The translations under genes and the position numbers were made by a program. Of a DNA stretch of 64,000 nt, positions 19,692 through 28,735 are shown piece by piece (positions within the stretch are counted from its first letter, which is position 1; each line of letters opens with the position of its first letter). The stretch comes from Christensenellales bacterium (GTDB taxonomy: Bacteria > Bacillota > Clostridia > Christensenellales > CAG-138): NCBI GenBank assembly GCA_040767925.1, contig JAXGNN010000003.1:323267-387266 (forward strand). The letters run 5' to 3'. The notes beneath the pieces were generated by a model. The model saw only the letters and a program-made list of their open reading frames with translations. It made no database searches and was not told the origin of the DNA.

Positions 19692-20177
19692 TCAGGAATT
19701 TGCTTCAGTATAATCGATTTGCCTGCAAATGTCTATCCATTCCCCGGAAGAACAGCGCGCGAGCTCGTCGCAGGTGAGCTCTATGGCGCTCTTCGCGCTG
19801 CCGACGGCCGGGAACACCGTTTTAAAGCGTTTGAGCGATTCGTCGAGATAGACCTTCACGCCCTCCGGCAGCGCGAAGGGGCAGACGCCGCCCACCGCGT
19901 GGCCCGTGAGGGCGACGGCCTCCTCCGGCGCGAGCATGCGCGCCTTGAAGCCGAAGCGGTCCTTGAAGCGGCGGTTGTCGACGCGCACGTCCCCCGCCGT
20001 GACGACGACCATGCACGAATCCCCGTCGCGGAAGGAGAGGGACTTTGCGATGCGCGCCTCCTCCACGCCCACCGCGAGCGCGGCGAGACCGACCGTAGCG
20101 CTTGAAACCTCAAACTCGCGAATGCGCTCCGCAACACCGAAGCGCATGAGATACAATCTCACTTTTTCAACGGACAT
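19692..20177 (-). CDS. YbaK/EbsC/ProX-type aminoacyl-tRNA editing (deacylase) domain protein
   Basis: 161 aa with KSLSF...VVVTAGDVRVDNRRF and TGHAVGGVCPF. Confidence 0.75.
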   Translation of the reverse strand: MSVEKVRLYLMRFGVAERIREFEVSSATVGLAALAVGVEEARIAKSLSFRDGDSCMVVVTAGDVRVDNRRFKDRFGFKARMLAPEEAVALTGHAVGGVCPFALPEGVKVYLDESLKRFKTVFPAVGSAKSAIELTCDELARCSSGEWIDICRQIDYTEANS

Positions 20178-20183
20178 CCCCTG

Positions 20184-20684
20184 CTATTTCTCCTTCCCGG
20201 GCCGGACATAGCCCATTTCCTGCAAAAGCCCGCCAAGCAGGAAAAGACGCTCGCTCACGAGCTCGTCGTCCTTCGCCATGGCGTTGAGCATCAGTTCCAC
20301 ATCCTCGTCGATATGCTCGTTCTCCGCGCAGATTTCAACCGTCATCGCGTCCCCCTGGAGCCCGATGCGGTCAATCCTCATATTCTCGGGATCGTAGTGC
20401 TTGGGGAAGCGGTAGCTTTCGGCGAAATACTGCTTCGTGCGGCAGTAAAGGATCGCAAGGTCGAGCACCCTGTGCACGGGCAGCTCCTCCGACAAGCGGG
20501 ACCACTTCCCCTCGCTCATCCGCCACACCTTCGCGGACATGTCGAGCGTACCGCGCTCGTTCCACTGCGCCATGCCGATGGAAAGCCCTTTGGCGTTCGA
20601 GGCGTAAGCGTACCTGCCGTCTATGTTCTCGTAGTTCTCAACCACCACGACGGGTTTGTGCTTGAGATAAGCCGGCACCTTCAT
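20184..20684 (-). CDS. Conserved hypothetical protein
   Basis: Start ATG 20684, 8 nt after GGAGG (the track start at 20699 is TTG). MKVPAYLKHKPVVVVENYENIDGRYAYASNAKGLSIGMAQWNERG... I cannot place the family confidently. Confidence 0.55.
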   Translation of the reverse strand: MKVPAYLKHKPVVVVENYENIDGRYAYASNAKGLSIGMAQWNERGTLDMSAKVWRMSEGKWSRLSEELPVHRVLDLAILYCRTKQYFAESYRFPKHYDPENMRIDRIGLQGDAMTVEICAENEHIDEDVELMLNAMAKDDELVSERLFLLGGLLQEMGYVRPGKEK

Positions 20685-20755
20685 ATGATTGTCCTCCAAT
20701 TCTGTAATCCATAAATATTATAAACCACAAAATTACAAAGTCAACCGTTATTTCT

Positions 20756-21403
20756 TCAACTCACGCGCGCCGAGCTGTTGTGCAGCCTGCGCCAGAGCTT
20801 CCTGTGGAGGATGAGCAGGTCGCATACGGCGGCCTTGAGCCCGCGCCGCACGAAATAGTCGTCGTTTTCGGGCGTCGTCGCCCCGGTGGCCTCGATGTAG
20901 CGCATCAGGCTGCCCTCGTAGACGCAGTGCCGGTCGAGCTTTTTCTCGAGCGCGCCGATGCTGGAAACGCCGGCGTCCATATCCAGCAGATACGCCGCGA
21001 AGGCCACGCAGGTGTACGCGTCCCGGAGCCGCACGCGGCGGCGGAAGGGCAGCGCGAACGCGTCGTAAAGATTGTAGAGCATGCGGCTCGAATGGGTCAT
21101 GCAATGCTCGATGCGCCCCATCACGCGCGCGTACGCCTCCGCGTCGAGCGGCACGCGGCACAGCTTCGCCTGCAAATCCTTGCCGCCGATGAGGAAATGC
21201 GAGGGATACTCGCGCGTAAAGCAGCCCGAAAACGGGGAGTCGTGCCGCTTCCTCGAAAAGGAATACATGGCGTAGAGCGACCCGTCGAGCGCGACGGTCA
21301 CGTGCGAATACCGGCTGTTGGGAAAAAACACCCGTATAAAGCGGCCGATCTTCGTATTCTGGCGCGAAAAGAGCACATACAGGCATTTTTCTTCGATCTG
21401 CAT
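20756..21403 (-). CDS. Hypothetical protein, possibly a permuted papain-like (YiiX/NlpC-P60-like) hydrolase
   Basis: Start ATG 21403 after GGAGG. The His-then-Cys order (YSHVTVAL ... AYTCVAFAAYLL) is reminiscent of permuted papain-fold enzymes. This is a weak inference. Confidence 0.5.
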   Translation of the reverse strand: MQIEEKCLYVLFSRQNTKIGRFIRVFFPNSRYSHVTVALDGSLYAMYSFSRKRHDSPFSGCFTREYPSHFLIGGKDLQAKLCRVPLDAEAYARVMGRIEHCMTHSSRMLYNLYDAFALPFRRRVRLRDAYTCVAFAAYLLDMDAGVSSIGALEKKLDRHCVYEGSLMRYIEATGATTPENDDYFVRRGLKAAVCDLLILHRKLWRRLHNSSARVS

Positions 21404-21416
21404 ATCCACCCCTCCG

Positions 21417-22076
21417 TTATAGCAGCCTTTGGCCGTTGATGACAAGTCGGAACGCGAGGCCGAAATACTCCGCCGCGCGGCGGCAGAGTAGCATCCGGCC
21501 AAGGAAGATCTCGAAATAATCCATGACGGAGCAGTAGTGCGCGTCGATGGTCATATCGAGCGCGATGCACCTCTCCTCAAGGTCGATATAGGTTTTTCCC
21601 TCGCGCACGGCGGAGTTGACGCGGTCGTGTATGTCGTACGCGGCGGGGTCCTGCTCGCGCACGCGCGTATAGCGCACGTCCGTCTTGTCCGCGAGGATCA
21701 GCGCCGCCGCGACGGCGCTGACGGGCTGCGCCGTGGCCTCGTCGTGGTTGCCGATGGCGGCGATAATCTTGGCGATCTCCGTCGCGTCGCCGCCGAGCCG
21801 GTCGAGGATGCGAAAAGCCATCAACGCGCCGCTCTGCGCGTGGTCCGCGCGGTTGACGATGTTGCCGATGTCGTGCATCCAGCCGGCGATCTGCGCGAGT
21901 TCCGCCTCGCGCTCGTCATAGCCCAGGGTGAGGAGGATGTATTTCGCCGTGTCCGCAACCCTGCCCACATGGGCGAAGCTGTGCTCCGTGAAACCGAGCG
22001 CGGCGAGCAGCGCGTCCGCCTCCGTGATATAGGTTCTGATGGAAGGGTCCGCCTTGATCTGTTCGAATGTAATCAT
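21417..22076 (-). CDS. HD-domain phosphohydrolase
   Basis: FTEHSFAHVGRV...AGWMHDIGN...GNHD. Its ATG 22076 overlaps the stop of the upstream deaminase gene (ATGA). Confidence 0.75.
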   Translation of the reverse strand: MITFEQIKADPSIRTYITEADALLAALGFTEHSFAHVGRVADTAKYILLTLGYDEREAELAQIAGWMHDIGNIVNRADHAQSGALMAFRILDRLGGDATEIAKIIAAIGNHDEATAQPVSAVAAALILADKTDVRYTRVREQDPAAYDIHDRVNSAVREGKTYIDLEERCIALDMTIDAHYCSVMDYFEIFLGRMLLCRRAAEYFGLAFRLVINGQRLL

Positions 22077-23383
22077 GCCGTCCGGTTCTCCTTCAGGATG
22101 CGCGCGGCGATCTCCCGCGCCTCCCAAATCGCTTTTTCGAGATCTATCGTTTTATATTCGCCGTTCTCATAGAGTATTTTTCCGCGAACCATCGTGAGCC
22201 TCACGTCCTTGCCCTTGGCGGCGTAGGCGACGGCGGAATCCGGCGCATACACGGGGCACATCGAGGGGGACGCCGTGCCGAGCAGGATCAGGTCCGCCTG
22301 AAAGCCTTCCTTCACGCGGCCGATCTGGTCATCTCTTCCCTGCGCTTTCGCGCCGTTGACGGTCGCGAGCTTCACCGCCTCGTACGCCCGCAACCGCGTG
22401 GGATCCCCGCTCTCTCCCTTGGCGAGCAGCGCGGCGAGCTTGATCTCCTCGAACATGTCGAGCGTGTTGTTCGAGCAGCAGCCGTCCGTGCCGAGCGCCA
22501 CGTTCACGCCGCGCCTTTGCATCTCATGGACGCGGGCGACGCCGCTTGCGAGCTTGAGGTTGGAGGTCGGGCAATGCGCGGCGGAAACGCCGCAGGCGGC
22601 GAGGAGGTCCATGTCCTCATCGGACAGGTGCACGCAGTGCGCGGCGAGCGTTTTCGCCTGGAACACGCCGCAGTCGTAAAACGCGCGCGCGGGGGTTTTG
22701 CCGCGGCGCGCGAGGCAATCCTCGTGCTCGGCGCGGGTTTCGGAGAGGTGCAGGTGGACGACGAGGCCGTGTTCGAGCGCGAGCCCCGCCTCCTTTTCCC
22801 ACGCCTCCGGACAGCTCGTATACTCCGCGTGGATGGCGGCGTCCGCGCGCACGAGACCGTCCCCCTTGCCGTGAAAGTCGCGGACCAGTTCGTCGAGCTC
22901 CGCGAAGCAGCGGTCGCTCGGGTTGAGCTTCCCGTCGAGGGCGACGACGCCGTTGCACAAAGACGCGCGCATGCCCACTTCCAGCGCGAGCCGCGCGATT
23001 GCGGGCTGGTGAAAATACATGTCGCTCACAGAGGTGGTGCCGGAGGCGAGCATCTCCGCGAAGCCGAGCCGCGCGCCCGCGAGGATCTCCCGTTCCGTGA
23101 GCCTCCCCTCCACAGGGAACACGCGCGCAAAGAGCCATTCCTGGAGCGTATAATCGTCCGCATAGCCGCGCATGAGGCACATGGCCGTGTGGGCGTGCGC
23201 GTTGACGAGCCCGGGCAAGAGGATATCCCCGCGGCAGTCGATCTCGCGCTTCAAGGCTCCCTCCGGCCGGGCCGTTCCGACGTATGCGATAAAGCCGTCC
23301 TTCACGCCGACGAAGCCGTTTTCGATGACGGGGGCTTCGTCGCGCATGGTCAGGACCGTGGCGTTGGTGAAAAGAACATCCAT
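22073..23383 (-). CDS. mtaD: 5-methylthioadenosine/S-adenosylhomocysteine deaminase (amidohydrolase superfamily)
   Basis: Start ATG 23383 (MDVLFTNATVLTM...). It has the GLVNAHAHTAM HxH metal motif and is collinear with MtaD/DadD-type deaminases. Confidence 0.75.
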   Translation of the reverse strand: MDVLFTNATVLTMRDEAPVIENGFVGVKDGFIAYVGTARPEGALKREIDCRGDILLPGLVNAHAHTAMCLMRGYADDYTLQEWLFARVFPVEGRLTEREILAGARLGFAEMLASGTTSVSDMYFHQPAIARLALEVGMRASLCNGVVALDGKLNPSDRCFAELDELVRDFHGKGDGLVRADAAIHAEYTSCPEAWEKEAGLALEHGLVVHLHLSETRAEHEDCLARRGKTPARAFYDCGVFQAKTLAAHCVHLSDEDMDLLAACGVSAAHCPTSNLKLASGVARVHEMQRRGVNVALGTDGCCSNNTLDMFEEIKLAALLAKGESGDPTRLRAYEAVKLATVNGAKAQGRDDQIGRVKEGFQADLILLGTASPSMCPVYAPDSAVAYAAKGKDVRLTMVRGKILYENGEYKTIDLEKAIWEAREIAARILKENRTA

Positions 23384-23411
23384 GGAACTATGATACAGCA
23401 TTTCCAGGCGT

Positions 23412-23440
23412 TTGACCATACACCCAAGCGGGTATATAAT
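23412..23440 (+). promoter_or_regulatory. Putative sigma-A promoter of ahcY
   Basis: TTGACC-17 nt-TATAAT, 37 nt upstream of ATG 23478. Confidence 0.5.
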
Positions 23441-23477
23441 TGTCGGTGAACATAACGACCACGTTGGGAGGACATTT

Positions 23478-24719
23478 ATGAGCTCCATCAGAGACGCATC
23501 CCTTGCGCCCCTCGGCAAAAAACGCATCGCCTGGGTGCGCGAATTCATGCCCGTCATGCGCGCGCTCGAGGAGCGCTTCCGGATGGAAAAGCCGTTTTTA
23601 GGCCTTCGGGTCAGCGTGAGCGTGCACCTCGAGGCGAAGACCGCCTACCTCGCCCTGCTCCTGCGCGAGGCGGGAGCGGACGTCGCCGTGACAGGCTCGA
23701 ACCCGCTCTCGACCAAGGACGACGTCTGCGCCGCGCTCTATGAAATGGGCATGGAGGTCAACGCGTGGTTTGGCGCGACGCCGGAGGAATACTGCGAGCA
23801 CATCCGAAAAACCCTCGAATTCCGCCCGCACGTCATCATCGACGACGGGGGCGATTTCGTTTCCATGCTCTGCGAAGAGCATCCCGAATACGCTATAGAC
23901 CTCATCGGCGGCTGCGAGGAGACGACCACGGGCATCCACCGCCTGCGCGCGCGGGAGAAGGCGGGCAAGCTCCCCTTCCCCATGATGGCCGTCAACGACG
24001 CCAACTGCAAGCACCTTTTCGACAACCGCCACGGCACCGGACAATCCGTCTGGGACGCCATCATGTACACGACCAACAACATGATTTCCGGCCGCACGGT
24101 CGTCGTCGCGGGCTACGGCTTCTGCTCGAGCGGCATCGCCATGCGCGCGAAGGGCCTCGGCGCGAACGTGATCGTCACGGAAATCAATCCCTACCGCGCG
24201 CTCGAGGCGGCGATGGACGGCTTCCGCGTGATGAAGATGGACGACGCCGCGCCGCTGGGCGACATCTTCATCACGGCGACCGGCTGCCGCGACGTCATCG
24301 TACGCCGCCATTTCGAGAGGATGAAGGACAACGCCATACTCGCCAACGCGGGCCACTTCGACGTGGAGTTCAACAAAAACGACCTGCGCGACATGTCCGT
24401 GCGCGTGGAGGAGAGGAAGCCCTTCATCGACGGGTACTTCCTCGCGGACGGGCGCGTCGTCAACGTGATGGCGGACGGGAGGCTCGTCAACATCGTCGCC
24501 GGGAACGGGCACCCCGCGGACATCATGGACCTCTCGTTCGCGATACAGGCGCTCGGCGCGAAATACGTCGCGGAAAACGGAAACGGCCTCTCCCCCGGCC
24601 TCCACGATATCCCGGAGGAGATCGACCGCGAGGTCGCCCTATTGAAAATCGCCGCCATGGGCATCGGGCTCGACGCGCTCACCCCCGAGCAGGAAGCGTA
24701 CATGAAAGGCGGCTTCTGA
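23478..24719 (+). CDS. ahcY: Adenosylhomocysteinase, short (archaeal/Thermotoga-like) form of 413 aa
   Basis: MSSIRDASLAPLGKKRIAWV..., NAD-binding GRTVVVAGYGFCSSGIAMRAKGLGANVIVTEINP and HFDVEF. GGGAGGA RBS. Confidence 0.9.
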   Translation: MSSIRDASLAPLGKKRIAWVREFMPVMRALEERFRMEKPFLGLRVSVSVHLEAKTAYLALLLREAGADVAVTGSNPLSTKDDVCAALYEMGMEVNAWFGATPEEYCEHIRKTLEFRPHVIIDDGGDFVSMLCEEHPEYAIDLIGGCEETTTGIHRLRAREKAGKLPFPMMAVNDANCKHLFDNRHGTGQSVWDAIMYTTNNMISGRTVVVAGYGFCSSGIAMRAKGLGANVIVTEINPYRALEAAMDGFRVMKMDDAAPLGDIFITATGCRDVIVRRHFERMKDNAILANAGHFDVEFNKNDLRDMSVRVEERKPFIDGYFLADGRVVNVMADGRLVNIVAGNGHPADIMDLSFAIQALGAKYVAENGNGLSPGLHDIPEEIDREVALLKIAAMGIGLDALTPEQEAYMKGGF

Positions 24720-26284
24720 TGCAGGTCATGAAATTCGGACTGGGAATCCGCTTCGCGGCCCTCGCGGAACTGCCGGAGAGGAAGTTCGCCCGCAGGATGT
24801 ATGAGGAGATTTTCTCCGTGCTCACGCTCTCCGAGCTCGAGGGGCTGCAGGTCTACGGCGGGAGCGACCCGCTTTCGGGAGAAGCCGGCGCGCAGGAGAG
24901 CGGTGATATCTTCCTCGCGGTGCTCATGGGAGGCAGCCTCAAGCAGATGCGCAAGGTGTTCACCGCCATCGACCGGGACGCCGCCATCGGCATGTACCTG
25001 ACGCACACGCGCCCCTATGTTGAAAACAACCGCCTCGCGCGCGTGGAGGGGCTTTCCTACTACGGCACCATTCAGAAAAACGGCAGGGTAACGGGCGGGG
25101 ACGGCACGCTCGACGGGGTGACGGTGCCCAAAAAGCGCGGCAGCCGCTCCCCCGTGGGCAAGGGCATCAAGATACTGCTCGCGCCCGAGGATTATCTCCC
25201 CGGCCTTTCCACGATCGACGCCATCAAGCTCCTCACGCTCGCCGCGCGCAAGCATTACCAGGGCGTGAAGCTCGTGCCCCTGCCCGTCAATTACGGCGGG
25301 GCGGGCTTTGCGCGCGCGCTCATCACGGCCTGCGACGGGGCGATCCGCCGCGCGCAGATCTCCCCGCCCGAGGGGGAGGGACGGATCAAATCCGAATACG
25401 CGGTGCTCCGCGGGAAACTCGCGGTCATCGAGACCGCGCCTCCGCCCGCTGCCGCGGATGCGCCAACGGGGTATACCGGCGCGGCGTCCTCGCGCGGCAC
25501 GGGGGAACTGATCCGCCGCGCGCTCGACGAGGGGCTGCGGGACATACTCGTCGGCGTGCACGACCGCGCCGTGTACGACTGCGGCTTCGGCCTCGCCCGC
25601 GCCCTCGGGGTGAAATTTTTCGACGACGCGGGAAACGAGCTTTCGGGCCGCGCCGCGGAACTTCAAAAAATCGCCTGCGCGGACGCGGAGTTCCTCAACC
25701 CCGCGCTGAAAAACGCGCGCTTCGTCATCGCGGACGCCTCCAAAGACGCGCCCCTGCCCGAGGGAGCGGAGCGCTTTTTCGCGGCGCTCGGAGCCGCGCT
25801 CGCGCGCGAAATCGATCCCGCCGCGGGCTTCGCCGGCGCGCTCGCGGCGCTGACGGGCGGCGCGGTATCGAGGAACTTCGACAGCGTGCTCGACGCGGTG
25901 GAATTCGAGAAGCTCCTAAAAGGCGTGGCGCTCGTCGTCACGGGCTGCCTCTCGCTCGACGGGGAATCGACCGCGGAGGGCCGCGCGGTCTCCTCCATCA
26001 TCCGGCGCTGCGGCGCGCGCAGGGTCCCCGTCGCCGTGATCGCGGGGCGCGCGGAGAAAAGCGAGGCCGTCTCCTCCGCCATGGGGCGCGCGGGCGTGAT
26101 GTGCTTCGGCGTGCCCGCCGAGGGCGCCGACCCCATCCCCTTGTTTTCGACCGCGGCGGACAGCATGTTCCGCTTCATCCGCATCGGCCGCGACGTGGAA
26201 AAAATAGGCGCGCCCAAAAAGCCGCGCCAGAAATCCTTTGTCCGCCTGATGCTCGAGAGCTGGAAAAACCGGAGGAACGGTTAG
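24719..26284 (+). CDS. Glycerate-kinase-fold (GlxK/GarK family) protein with degenerate motifs and an N-terminal extension of about 150 aa
   Basis: Its ATG 24719 overlaps the ahcY TGA. IKILLAPEDY..., SSRGTGELIRRAL and VVTGCLSLDGESTAEGRAV align with glycerate kinase (KIVIAPDS..., TSRGTGELI, ITGEGRIDSQS...). The ADGGEGT and GGSATNDGG motifs are replaced by NYGGAGF and VHDRAVYDCG. The track ORF 23765..26284 is this gene plus an out-of-frame overlap with ahcY. Confidence 0.6.
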   Translation: MQVMKFGLGIRFAALAELPERKFARRMYEEIFSVLTLSELEGLQVYGGSDPLSGEAGAQESGDIFLAVLMGGSLKQMRKVFTAIDRDAAIGMYLTHTRPYVENNRLARVEGLSYYGTIQKNGRVTGGDGTLDGVTVPKKRGSRSPVGKGIKILLAPEDYLPGLSTIDAIKLLTLAARKHYQGVKLVPLPVNYGGAGFARALITACDGAIRRAQISPPEGEGRIKSEYAVLRGKLAVIETAPPPAAADAPTGYTGAASSRGTGELIRRALDEGLRDILVGVHDRAVYDCGFGLARALGVKFFDDAGNELSGRAAELQKIACADAEFLNPALKNARFVIADASKDAPLPEGAERFFAALGAALAREIDPAAGFAGALAALTGGAVSRNFDSVLDAVEFEKLLKGVALVVTGCLSLDGESTAEGRAVSSIIRRCGARRVPVAVIAGRAEKSEAVSSAMGRAGVMCFGVPAEGADPIPLFSTAADSMFRFIRIGRDVEKIGAPKKPRQKSFVRLMLESWKNRRNG

Positions 26285-27234
26285 CTTCCCACCAGCTTCA
26301 GGACCTCGTTTTCGGAAAAAATGCTCGGGAGACCCCCGGGCTTTTTCGTCGAGAGGGCCGCCGCCGCCGCGCCGAAGCGCGCCGCGCGGTAGATTTCCTC
26401 CTCGCCAAGCTCGTCGAACGGCGCGCCGCATTTGATGATGCGGCTCATCGCCGCGCCGAAGAAAATATCCCCCGCGCCCGTAGTATCGAGCGCGTCCGCC
26501 GGGAACGGCTCGACGAAGCGCAGGGTTTGTCCGTTTGCCGCGCTTGCAACGAAACAGCCCTCGCTCCCCATCGTCGCGAAGACGAGCTTCGCGCCGTTTG
26601 CGAGAAGCTCATGCGCTGCCTCGCGCCAGGGCTTGTTGAGGGCGAACTCCATTTCGTCAGCCCCCGCCTTGACGATGTCCGCGCGGGCGAAGCCCCAGCG
26701 CATCGCCTCGCGCGCATACTCCTCCCTGCGCCAGAGGGGCGCGCGGTAGTTCGGGTCGAAGGTGATGATGACGCCGTTCTCCCGCGCGAAGCGCACGGCC
26801 TCGGCGGTGGCGCTCCTCGCGGGTTCGTCCGTCAGCGACAGGGTCCCGAAGTGGAAATACTTCGCTTTCCTGATTTCACCATAGGGGAGCTCGTCCGGGC
26901 GCAGCGTCGTGTCCGCGCCGGGCTTTCGCGCGAAGGAGAAGGAGCGCTCCCCCCGCGCGCCGAGCGACACGAAGGCGAGCGTCGTGAACGCCTCGTCCGT
27001 CCTTTCCCCAAGAAAGGCGATCCCATGCTTTTCGAGGGTGTCGATCAGAAGCTCCCCGAACGCGTCGGCGCCGACCTTGCCGATCATGCCGCAGGAGCAG
27101 CCGTACTTCGCGAGCGCGCCGAGATAGTTGAGCGGCGCGCCGCCGGGGTTCGCCGCCATCAGGGGCGCGCCCTCGGGGGTCGTCCCCGTCTGTACGAAAT
27201 CGATGAGAAGCTCGCCCAGCGCGATGACATCCAT
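26281..27234 (-). CDS. PfkB-family sugar kinase (fructokinase-like)
   Basis: Start ATG 27234 after AAGGAGG. MDVIALGELLIDFV...GGAPLN..., and C-terminal DTTGAGDIFFGA. Confidence 0.8.
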   Translation of the reverse strand: MDVIALGELLIDFVQTGTTPEGAPLMAANPGGAPLNYLGALAKYGCSCGMIGKVGADAFGELLIDTLEKHGIAFLGERTDEAFTTLAFVSLGARGERSFSFARKPGADTTLRPDELPYGEIRKAKYFHFGTLSLTDEPARSATAEAVRFARENGVIITFDPNYRAPLWRREEYAREAMRWGFARADIVKAGADEMEFALNKPWREAAHELLANGAKLVFATMGSEGCFVASAANGQTLRFVEPFPADALDTTGAGDIFFGAAMSRIIKCGAPFDELGEEEIYRAARFGAAAAALSTKKPGGLPSIFSENEVLKLVGS

Positions 27235-27245
27235 GTGCGCCTCCT

Positions 27246-27923
27246 TTAATCCGAAGCCGGGGGATACTCGTTGCACAGGAGCCGATAAGCTGGCGCGTCC
27301 TCCTCGATTTCGGAAAAACGCTGCGGCACGTCGTAGAAACGGTTGTCGGTATTGTCGTCGTTCGTCATGGAAACCTCCCACGCGAGCACACGGTCCTTTT
27401 CGGCCCAGAAGGCGTGGTAGAGGCGCGGGGAGAGCGTCACGCTCTCCCCCGGGGTGAGCTTCAATACAAAGCCCGAGGGCAGCGCCATTGCCCGCCCGTC
27501 TACGCGGACCTGCACCGGCGCGTCGGAAAGCGAATCGTCCGGATTGCTGCTCCAGAGCTGCATCATGAGTTCGCCGCCGCCGCGGTTGATGATATCCTCG
27601 CTCTTATGCCAATGGAAGTGGTTGGGGGAAAGCTGGCCCGGTTCGCAGATGAGCATCTTTTCGGCATACGCCTTAGAAAAGCGCGCGTCCTTCAGATTGC
27701 CGTTGCGGATGGTGAAGAGCAGAAGGCCGGTCTTGCTGAAGTCGCCGAGGCCGTAATCCGTCACGTCCCAGCCGAGCATGTTGGCGCGGATTTCGTCGTA
27801 CTCGTGGCCCTTATGCGCCCAGTCCTCCGGCGTCCAGGAGGCGAAAGGCGGCAAAAACACGCCGCGCTCCCCGATCCAGTTTTCGGCGCGCGAGATATAC
27901 GCGTTGATTTCGGAGCGTTTCAT
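27246..27923 (-). CDS. D-lyxose/D-mannose ketol-isomerase (cupin)
   Basis: 225 aa with WDVTDYGLGDF...SPNHFHWHKSEDIINRGGG, typical of the YdaE-type lyxose isomerase family. Confidence 0.75.
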   Translation of the reverse strand: MKRSEINAYISRAENWIGERGVFLPPFASWTPEDWAHKGHEYDEIRANMLGWDVTDYGLGDFSKTGLLLFTIRNGNLKDARFSKAYAEKMLICEPGQLSPNHFHWHKSEDIINRGGGELMMQLWSSNPDDSLSDAPVQVRVDGRAMALPSGFVLKLTPGESVTLSPRLYHAFWAEKDRVLAWEVSMTNDDNTDNRFYDVPQRFSEIEEDAPAYRLLCNEYPPASD

Positions 27924-28015
27924 AATAGACTAAATCCCCCGTAAAATCGATGTGATCCCGGGTTCATCTTATCAAAATACGGGTTTGTTTTCAATGACTT
28001 AAGCTTCTTTTAGGC

Positions 28016-28615
28016 CTAGGCTTCTTTTACGTTGGTGATGCAGTTCTCCCCGAACTCGAACTCGAATATGCGCGCCTGCGACACGCTGCCCTTCGCATAG
28101 GAAACGAGGCCCAGCGTCTTCCCGCTGCGGTCGGAAAAGGGCGCGCGCGGGTACGCGAAGTCGCCGAAGAAATCGCGTATGTCCTCGAATTCGAGCGTGG
28201 CGGCGAGCTCCGGGTCCAGGCAAGCGGCTGCGTCCTCCTCCCTGTCGTCCCGCACGGCTTCCGCGAAGGCGCACGCGAGCAGCAGCTCCGGCGCGCCCGG
28301 CTCTTCGGGCGGATCCTCGTCGATATACGCGCCGGTAAAAAGCATCAATTCGAACACGCCGCCCGGCCACAGGCAGACGGAAACGTCCGCCGCAGGGTCC
28401 GAGGCGAGCGCGCCGAGATCAAAGGAGAGCTTGCGCGTGACGGTGCGCCACTCACCCTCGAGCGGCGCCGCGCATATATAGTAATCCCCCGTGTCCGAAA
28501 TGGGGATGGACACGTGTTCGCTGCGAGAGCATTCGCCCACGATCCTTCCGTTGACGGACGCGAGGCAGCGCGTATCCGCGCGTATGACGAGCGTCGGCAC
28601 GGGCGAATAATACAT
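28016..28615 (-). CDS. Hypothetical acidic protein
   Basis: Start ATG 28615 after AGGAGG. No motif recognised. Confidence 0.5.
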   Translation of the reverse strand: MYYSPVPTLVIRADTRCLASVNGRIVGECSRSEHVSIPISDTGDYYICAAPLEGEWRTVTRKLSFDLGALASDPAADVSVCLWPGGVFELMLFTGAYIDEDPPEEPGAPELLLACAFAEAVRDDREEDAAACLDPELAATLEFEDIRDFFGDFAYPRAPFSDRSGKTLGLVSYAKGSVSQARIFEFEFGENCITNVKEA

Positions 28616-28662
28616 CTGCGCCACCTCCTGTTTTCCCGCTCGCTCAATATATGCGCGCGCAC

Positions 28663-28691
28663 TTGCCAAGTATGCGCGTTTGGGCTATAAT
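28663..28691 (+). promoter_or_regulatory. Putative sigma-A promoter of asnS
   Basis: TTGCCA-17 nt-TATAAT, 44 nt upstream of ATG 28736. Confidence 0.5.
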
Positions 28692-28735
28692 TTGACGATA
28701 ATGCGAACTTTATTTTCCAAGGAGGGTTTAACCAT

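Noticed and set aside
23765-24718. The N-terminal 318 codons of the 839-aa track ORF 23765..26284.
   Set aside because: This part is an alternate frame over ahcY and is Arg/Gly/His-rich junk. The real gene starts at ATG 24719, overlapping the ahcY stop.
28616-28735. A T-box leader upstream of asnS, and a SAM/SAH riboswitch upstream of ahcY (23384-23477).
   Set aside because: The predicted promoters leave leaders of only about 35-45 nt. That is far too short for either element, and no specifier/T-box or SAH-riboswitch consensus is visible.
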